Below, piece by piece: positions 55,290 to 64,000 of a DNA stretch of 64,000 bases (position 1 is its first letter; each line of letters begins with the position of its first letter). The position numbers were made by a program, and so were the translations under genes. Where the stretch lies: contig NC_043000.1 in assembly GCF_006345805.1 (NCBI RefSeq), positions 44,144,001-44,208,000 on the forward strand. The letters are read 5' to 3'. This DNA is from Octopus sinensis (Eukaryota). The notes beneath the pieces were generated by a model that searched no databases, had not been told where the DNA came from, and saw only the letters and a list, made by a program, of their open reading frames with translations.

Positions 55290-55960
55290 ATCAAAGTAAG
55301 TATATGCATCATAACGTATATCTAAAAAAATTACAAAAACTGTCCGGTGTACTGGGTATTAAAGCGTAAGCATGAGGTTACATTGAAAGGACAGGTGTCA
55401 TTCTCTTTCAGTTCCCAGACATGCTTTGCACGACTAATCGCTGTCCTGTTCTCGGGGTGTCGGAAAGAATTTTGGTGGGAATAGAATCGAGTCTTGAATG
55501 AATTTTCTGAAGCCCCTGTATATGTTTCATATTCTTGCGAACCACCTCTTTGCCCTTTGGCGCTATAAAGTATACCTGTTTCAAGGCGTTTTCCTTCAAG
55601 ACTAGATTCGGCACTGTAGTTGTCTGTAATAATTTGCGTGTGATGCTTCATTGATCTGTTAAATATTCTATAGAACTTATGGCTATATTGCAAACGCTTA
55701 GAATCTACTTATAAGAATTTCCTACCTATATTAGTTTTTATGGCAATATTAAATGCGGGGTTAAACCACAAAGATTTCCTAGTTCTAGTTCCACGTGGCC
55801 TTTTGCTGCTAGCATTACCTTAATTATACTGGATCTTCTCTGAGAATCCACTTTCCCTTAGTGCAGTTTTGTAATCCGGTGCTATATTTTGAAATGCTGT
55901 CTCATCCGAAGAAATTGATGATATTCGCCTTCCTACATTACTAGTTTCTTAAGAATTACG
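55290..55960 (-). pseudogene. PLE linker and GIY-YIG endonuclease fragment
   Basis: IWFNPAFN..IKTNIGRKFL...ILYSAK...YETYTGASENSFKTRFYSHQNSFRHPENRTAISRAKHVWELKEN. Confidence 0.85.
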
Positions 55961-55965
55961 GCTTA

Positions 55966-56363
55966 GAAGAATTACAGCCTCAAAGAAGAATTCTTCATCC
56001 TATTCTCTAATACAAATACTTTCAACCAGAGACACGAGCTTTTAAATTCTTGCAGGCCCGCCGCAAAGTTTAAAATCTCAACTGACAAAATAACCTATGG
56101 GTAAAATGTTTTGACTTTCGAAATATCTTTTTGACTCTCGCATTTGAATTTGACTTTAAACGTTATAGTTATTTTGCATTGCAATTCTACTGTTTCGAAA
56201 GGACCAATGAAACAAAACCAATTTCAAATGTTTATCTATTAAAATAATTGTATATTTTTGCCATATGTTTCTTTTTGTTTCATTCTAAACAAAACAGTCC
56301 GACGAACGGGAACGTGAATTTCTGAGTAACAGTTTTCGTGATATTTTTGCCACGTTTTAATAA

Positions 56364-56365
<2 letters not shown>
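55966..56365 (+). mobile_element. PLE C-terminus and 3' end, inverted relative to 55290-55960
   Basis: LKEEFFILFSNTNTFNQRHELLNSCRPAAKFKIS, then a 3' end with a degenerate CCGACGA HHR (56291-56336), ending at (TA)n. Confidence 0.75.
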
Positions 56366-56396
<31 letters not shown>

Positions 56397-57604
56397 TATT
56401 AATACTTGGGGAATGTAATAATTCCAAGCTAGCAAGGAAAGAAATTTCAATTTAGCACACTAAATCAAAATTCCCAATATATTATATATATATTATTTAG
56501 AGACAAACCGCTATTTTTTATTCCATCAATATTGAAAAGATAGTATCCATAATAACCACAGAGAACTTAATTAAATATCTTATAAGTATTATTCGAAAAT
56601 TCATATATGCAAGCATATATAAATATGTATGTGAAATCGTGTGACTAGACTGTCGTTTGTTATTTTTGTGCGTGTATGTATACCTAAGTGTACGCATTTC
56701 ACAAGTACGTCTGAATGCCGTAAATACAGAATATTATCTATATTTAGTATGAAATGTGCGTATTCGTTTCCATGTCGGGGCGTGACCTGGCAATCCACAT
56801 TGATAATAATTCAATAGTCCATGTGCATATTATCAAGATGGCAGCAATTTCAGACAACGAGCTATATTGATTCTGAGATTATTCAGAGCCAGGAAAATAA
56901 TTGCAAGCTATTCCTAGAGAGAACTTTCGCTCTCGATCGCCTCGATTGCTGCTCCTGGCTGTGGTCATAATAGAGCGCAAAGTGGTAGCGAAAATGGTGG
57001 TAACCCAACGTCACTACTACACCACAAATATTGACTTGGTGAAATAAGATGTGCTAATGGGAGAGGGTAAATGATCTGATACTCTACACGCTAGAAAGTA
57101 TGTGTAACAGATATACAGTGACATACACATGAAAGATCCTGGAAGATCTAGCTCCTAATTTTGGAATTAATAGCTATACCAACCGACAGATTGGTGGGCA
57201 TTGCATATTACGATAGATCTCCTCTACATCATGAATAAGGACACACTACATAAAAAACCGCTTTAACAAACCTCCGCAACTATCCAACATTCTGCCATAC
57301 AGTCTTATATATTTGCAACGTATAAATTTGTAGGTTGTACGAAGAGTGTCTGGGAAATGTTTCATTTTGGATACCAGATGGACTCATATCAAGTCGTGAG
57401 GCACATGGAATCATATCAAGTTCTGAGACACTAAGAAGAGACGCTACGCCTCAATCATTCTTTCGCTACAAACAAATCAAAGAAGTAATTTAGTCACGCT
57501 GAAAGGTGGTTCTCTAGCACGACAATTTTGCCCTTTAGCAGAAAACCAGTAACAACAGAACCCAGAAATAATAATAATATATATATATATATATATAATG
57601 GAAA

Positions 57605-57942
57605 TTGTAGCTGTGATACGAGTGCCGATGGCACGTAAGAGAACCATCCGAACGTGGCCGTTGCCAGCGCTGCCCCGACCGGCCTCTATGCCGGTGACAC
57701 GTAAAAAGCACCATCCGATCGTGGCCGTTTGCCAGCCTTGTCTGGCACCTGTGCAGGTGGCACGTAAAAAGCATCCACTACACTCACGCAGTGGTTGGCG
57801 TTAGGAAGAGCATCCAGCTGTAGAAAAACTGCCAGATCAGACTGGGCCCGGCGCAGCCTTATGGCTTCCCAGACCCCAGTTGAACCGCCCAACCCATGCT
57901 AGCATGGAAAACGGACATTGAACGATGATGATGATGATGATG
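57605..57942 (+). mobile_element. SINE/LINE-tail repeat with internal ~55-bp tandem units and (GAT)n tail
   Basis: Repeated GTGCCG(G/A)TG(A/G)CACGTAAAAAGCACCATCCG units; ends CCCATGCTAGCATGGAAAACGGAC...GATGATGAT, an RTE-like tail. Confidence 0.7.
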
Positions 57943-58145
57943 ATATATATTTGAAAGATGAAATATTATCACAAAAATGTTAATCAGAGTTTCATGTCCC
58001 TGTTCGTAGGAGAATTGTGATGTATAGGTGCGATTGTGTGGATAGGCGCAGAGTTGGATATGTGGTGAGAAGCTTGCTTCCCAAACACATGGTTCCGGGT
58101 TAGGTCCAACTGCTTGGTACCTAGGCAAGCCAATCTAAGCTCGTC

Positions 58146-58197
<52 letters not shown>

Positions 58198-58219
58198 ATA
58201 TATATATAAGTATATACAT

Positions 58220-58425
58220 ATATATATCAAAATGTGACCCCGTGTGTACAGTTGGCGATTTTTTCCTCTGTCTTCCCTTCTCTGGATCTTTCCTTCTCCT
58301 ATGTTTCCGACGAAGAGCTCCGCTCGAAACGTTGGACCTTCCTTCTTTCCTGAGCGTCCAATAATACTATATTTGTTCCACGTCCTCGCGTTGTTGTGTT
58401 TATTGTGCTTTCTTGTTTGGATTAA
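58220..58425 (+). mobile_element. Solo PLE 3' terminal repeat with variant HHR (58303-58337)
   Basis: gttt-CCGACGA-a-gagc-tcc-gctc-GAAAC-GTT-ggac, then CCTGAGCG...TAATA as in the 30.7 kb element; (TA)n on both sides. Confidence 0.7.
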
Positions 58426-59561
58426 CTATATATATATATATACATACGTGTGTGTGTATGTGTGTGTGTGTGTGTGTTTGTCTTTATGTCTGCTTGTTTT
58501 TATGGCATGTCTTTCTTACTGCTAAGACCGAAAGTCCTGGGTAAACTTGAAATTTTGAATGCGAATGATATGGATATTCTTTAAAATTGGTAAAATTATA
58601 CTATTCTTCAGAACGTATGAGTGAATTAGACGTGGGCTGAGTGAAAGTGTCTGGAAGTTGTAAAAGAAGAAGAAATTCTTTGACGACTTATATGAGGGAT
58701 GTAGAGACAATTAATGAAAATAAAATCATTTGAAGAGAAGGCGATATAGGAAAGACCAGCGTTTCAAGGAAGAACACCTAATTTGTATTAAATGTACTAA
58801 AACGGTGCAAAAATATCAGTTGAGAAAATGCATCGCTTACTGTATTATTTACACCTTCGAACCATATGCATCGTAACAGAAACAAACAGCTTTTTGCTAT
58901 AAAGCCTCATCTGAACTACATAATTTTATGATGATAGATTTGGAATTTACATAATAAAAAGAGTCTTACATTTGAAATTAGTTTCTTCTGATGTTGAACG
59001 TTTTAGGCTTGATTGTCATTAACTTAGTGAATGAAAAGTAAACTTTAAATTGTTTCTCGACTTAATTATTTATTGATGGTAGGTCAGAATCATTTACTTA
59101 CGGTCTTACTACATAGTTCACTATAATTTGAAAGTCACAATAGAGGTGTTGTATTGAAGATAAATTCAGTGTTGACACTCAAGTATGTGAGAGACTCCAA
59201 CTATTTAAAATGGGAAATGAAGAATTAAATGCATTTCTTTTAATCATCTTATGAAAAAATCTACATGGCATTTTCACTTCGGTCTGTTTAATTTTGTTTC
59301 TTGGTTTGCCTCCATTAGAGTATATAAGAAATTAATTAATAGTTGCAAATGACTCTTTCAGAATAACGTCAACTTGACAGATAATTTCTTCTACTGTAAT
59401 CTTTTGTTTAAGGTAAAAGCATACAGAATGTCAAATATTAATATCAAGATGCTATATTTATTAACATATGTGCTTGATATTTAGAAGTAAACATACAAGT
59501 GCCTTGGAAATATATTAAGACCGCGAGACCTTCAAGTGATATATCAACAGAAACGAAAATG

Positions 59562-59570
<9 letters not shown>

Positions 59571-59626
<56 letters not shown>

Positions 59627-59670
59627 ATACTACTGCTATTACTACTGCTGCTGCTGCCGCCGCCGCTGTT
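59571..59670. repeat. (ACT)n/(GCT)n microsatellite
   Basis: Seen directly in the sequence. Confidence 0.95.
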
Positions 59671-60277
59671 GCTGCAACAAATTTAATAGCGCTAAGAAAA
59701 GGCATTAACATCAAACTAATAAAAATTATATAAATGGAATTTAATAAACATATTAAAGAAGAAGAAAGTTTAAAATATAGTATACATAATATTATAGTAT
59801 AACATATTTACATCTATCGACAGCAGTGTCGCTCATGCACATTCTTCAATTGAATTTATTTAATCCAGTAATCCATGTGAAGCATACATTCATTATAGAG
59901 TGATTTACTATATATGATATAATGTGCCATATTTAGAATAAAACCTACTTCATTCTCTTTCATTTTTTTTATTTCCATTTACATTGACACAGAATATTTT
60001 GTCGATTAATATGGGGCCGTCCAATAATGGCTTACACTCGGTATATTATCCGTGCATCATTGAGGATGAAGTGTTAAAGTACAAGCTGCATCGTAATAGC
60101 ATTTTAATACAGAAGGCGTTTAGTGAACATCATTTAATTAGTCTAATGTTCCACAACACAAGGTTCGTTGAATCACCATACATTCATTTATAATTGCAAG
60201 ACTTGCTAAATATTGGCTTTTGTAAAAGAAATTATTAATCTTGAACTAATGTGGAAAACGCTGAACAGATATATATG

Positions 60278-60407
<130 letters not shown>

Positions 60408-60435
60408 TATATATATACATATATATATATAATAT

Positions 60436-60467
<32 letters not shown>

Positions 60468-63203
60468 ATTATAGTGAATAAACCTAGACTCGATACGGAA
60501 CGAATTAATGACATTACTTTGCTTGCGTAATTACCTACATCTCACAAAATTAGCTCCTTTTCACTGCTGAATCGTATTGGAAATGTATGCATTAGTAATT
60601 TCTGAGTAAAATGTACTGTTGCGCTCTAGCAGCAGCGTGAAATAATCGTAATAATAGTAACTGGCTTAGAAACAGTTAGATTCATTACTAGTTTATTTGC
60701 TGGAGAAATTATTTAGCATATGCAAAGGCATTACTATGCACTTAAATATATTATAAACATTTAAATTTTTATATATTAAATGAGTATTTAAAGATAATGC
60801 AATAATAACACATGCAACTAAGAATTAAACTTGGCCCTAGCCGTGTTTTAATCCGGAATATAGAAATACAAAACCGAGTAATATAAGATTGTAGTGTTTT
60901 ACACATTCTGTCAAATCGTCACTTTCATTGCATTGCTATATCGATTAATTGTATTGGCGCAAGCTTCACTCTATGAGCAGTGTATAGTCGTGTAATCAAA
61001 TGCAGTACATGACCAACAATTTACTGTGACTGTTGGGAGGGGAGACCAAATACGAAAAGACACTTAGGCTAGCACGCTGACATTTTTGTTGCTTCCTCCA
61101 GCCGTCTTCATTGCATCAATTATGAAAGTTCGAAAGAAATCTAAAAGGAGGAGCGAGTGTTGTAATTTGAAAAGTAAATTTATAAAATCAAGCTATTCAG
61201 ATAAGAGGTTATTGTTAATGAAAGTTAGTTAATGAACAGACGCATTTTAGCTGTGAATACGTCCATTAGCGGTTGTACAAATAGCGAAACCATAATATTC
61301 AATGTTATTGGCAATTTACTAGCATTAAACAGAATGAAAGAAACTGAAATGAACAGAATGAGAACGAGAGATGTCTAATAATTACTGTTTAAATGCGGTT
61401 ATAGTGAAAGAGTTCTCTGAATTTCAACACGCTTATATTCCTTTGGATTGAAAATGGTCGATGACTTGATTTCAATTTAGACATAGCTTTTGTTGACCTT
61501 TTTAAGGAAAAGTTGAAGATACGTTCGGTCAACATCCTGAGAAAATGTTTTGTATTATATAATATAGTTTTTTATGGGTATAAACGTTTTAAATGCTTCA
61601 ATAATCGTTGAAGTAATTAGTAGTATATTCCCAAAGACAATGAAGTGAAATTAATTGTGATTTATATCTAACAGAGTAAGATTCTTGCATATGGTCCCAA
61701 TTTTTGCCGGTAGGGTTATTCAAAGTCATTTAATTTTGGCATCCGTATGGCAACCACACACTAATGTTTCTACGTCTATTATATTACATGTTCTCCCTTT
61801 TATTTATAATTTCATTAGAAAAGAATAAGTGTTTGGTATCATACTTTAATCTACCACCACTGTATTGACTATTTGTTCTTAGTATTTGGCTCTGGTTCTT
61901 TTCATTTATTTGACTTACGTAAAGGAATTGCAAAACTTAAAATTATACACTATATGAATTGCATGTTGCCGGTTGTTATTAAAGGAGAAGATACACGTGA
62001 CGTAAATGTTTAGTATGTATAATATACATATACACATACGTACATACATGCATGCACACACATCACACACACACATGCACACACACACATATACATGAAA
62101 TGTCTGCTACACTGATAATATTCGTGAAAGACAATTGGATCTCATAAAGACATCAGCGAAATAATAGTAATATAAAGTAATTTAATATGGGATATAAGAA
62201 TATTAAATAAATATTCTAGCAAAAGACAATAACAAGAATGATGTATAAGTAAAAAGAGAAACATTAAATGCACTCGAGAGATTATAAAAAATAGTGATGT
62301 GAACCATATTGTGGAGTGCATGAATATAGAAATTGTGCATATTATATTAAACACGAATCAGAAGGTTATGATCTGAATCACAATGTGAAATTTGATATAT
62401 GTTATACATTCAATATATGCTCTAGCGCGGATGTGTAGTAAGAAGTTTGTATATATAATTGAAAAACTTGGAGTCACAAAGAAGGAATGCGGTTGAACAT
62501 TTATTTGCAATCGCTATAATTGTTTCTACACGATGTAGCTCTTCAGCCATGCAAGTACTTGACTAGGCAACTCGTTCCCTGCATTATGAGATCTCATTGA
62601 GTTTTCTCAGGCGATATGTTAATAATGACTCCACAGGTTCAAATTCTCGGCTTCATGAGCTTTCTTTTGTCTGTCGTGGACTGAAGTTATTAGTAGCCAC
62701 CGAGCTTATCAAGTTTAAAAGTTGCAGAAGCACTATCGCACTACATGTACACATTCAAAATGACACACCTTGATGAACTTCGTGGATACGAATATCTTCA
62801 AGGCACGACAGACCGAGAGGATGCTCTTGAAGTCAAGCAATTGTACTTACGGAGTCAATATTTACAGATCGCTTGATCAAACACAACCTGATCTCATAAT
62901 GCGGGAAAAGTTGCATAATCAAGTATTTGCATACTTGAAGAGGTACGTTATGTATAAATAATTGTAGGGATTGAAACTAGATGCCTATTCGTATGTCTTC
63001 TTGTTGACTCCAATTTGTTTAGTTAACTATTCACAGACGACAGGAGCCCAATAACTTCACTTGCGCATCAAAGAATTAACTTTATGTCGTAAGATATGAA
63101 GGGTCACCCAAAGTGAATAAACATCTTTAAGATTGCGCTTTCAAAACTTCTCTCAGATATATTTCCACTCGTGTTTTACCTTACAACTTTACATTGTTAT
63201 ATA

Positions 63204-63281
<78 letters not shown>

Positions 63282-63589
63282 TGTGTCTGTGTCTGTGTGT
63301 GTTATAATATATAATATAAAGTGAACTGATATTAGCATCAATCTACATGATTACAGGTGGATAAGGATAGGTTATAATAGAAAATAAACTCCCAGATACA
63401 GGGTGTATAAATTAATGATACTTAAGATATACAAAGAAATACATTCAGACACAGAATTTAAAAATTGAAGCCCACAATCAAATAATCTTTTCTACTATTT
63501 GTACGTAACTGAATGATATGATGAACGCCAAAGTTGACCTCGGCGGAATTTGGACTCAGAACGTAACGGCAGACGAAATACCTATTTTT

Positions 63590-63818
63590 ATTTCTTTACT
63601 ACACACAAGGGCTAAACACAGAGAGGACAAACAAGGACAGACAAACGGATTAAGTCGATTACATCGATCCCAGTGCGTAACTGGTACTTATGTAATCGAC
63701 CCCGAAAGGATGAAAGGCAAAGTCGACCTCGGCGGAATTTCAACTCAGAACGTAACGGCAGAAGAAATACGGCTTCGCATTTCGCCCGGCGTGCTAACGT
63801 TTCTGCCAGCTCGCCGCC
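63590..63818 (-). mobile_element. SINE family E, with an extra partial copy at 63521-63585
   Basis: Minus-strand head GGCGGCGAGCTGGCAGAAACGTTAGCACGCCGGGCG...CCGCCGAGGTCGACTTTGCCTTTCATCC. Confidence 0.85.
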
Positions 63819-64000
63819 TTCCCACAATGAAGTAATGAATAATCTGTGCAGAAAAATATAAGAATGAGATTAAAGTATATTGTGAGGCATATAAAAATTT
63901 ATAAGCTATTAAAAGGACATAAACTGTAAAAATATACAGAAGTTTATATAGAGGCATTAAATGTTTTAAAACATACAATATGAAATATAAAATGATATAA

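Overview
AT-rich animal DNA made almost entirely of microsatellites and transposon remains. The SINE families and repeat landscape resemble those I recall from octopus genomes; this is inference, not a database result. No complete host gene can be supported, only a few isolated candidate exons. Most ORFs in the supplied track are translations of (TA)n, (CA)n or trinucleotide repeats. Recognisable elements: at least four Penelope-like retroelement (PLE) GIY-YIG fragments, two arranged as head-to-head inversions (one a 2.27 kb palindrome); a degraded piggyBac transposase; RTE-type and RLE-type LINE fossils; TA-flanked MITEs; and several tRNA-derived SINE families. The strongest unexplained signal is a set of about ten minimal type I hammerhead ribozyme (HHR) motifs at PLE-like 3' ends. 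Several have non-canonical cores (CUGUUGA, CCGACGA), an extra A before helix II, a GUU cleavage triplet and a palindromic helix III. One such HHR tail appears fused to a tRNA-like SINE head. Coordinates were read by eye, so element boundaries are approximate. Many frameshifts fall in homopolymers and may be assembly errors.
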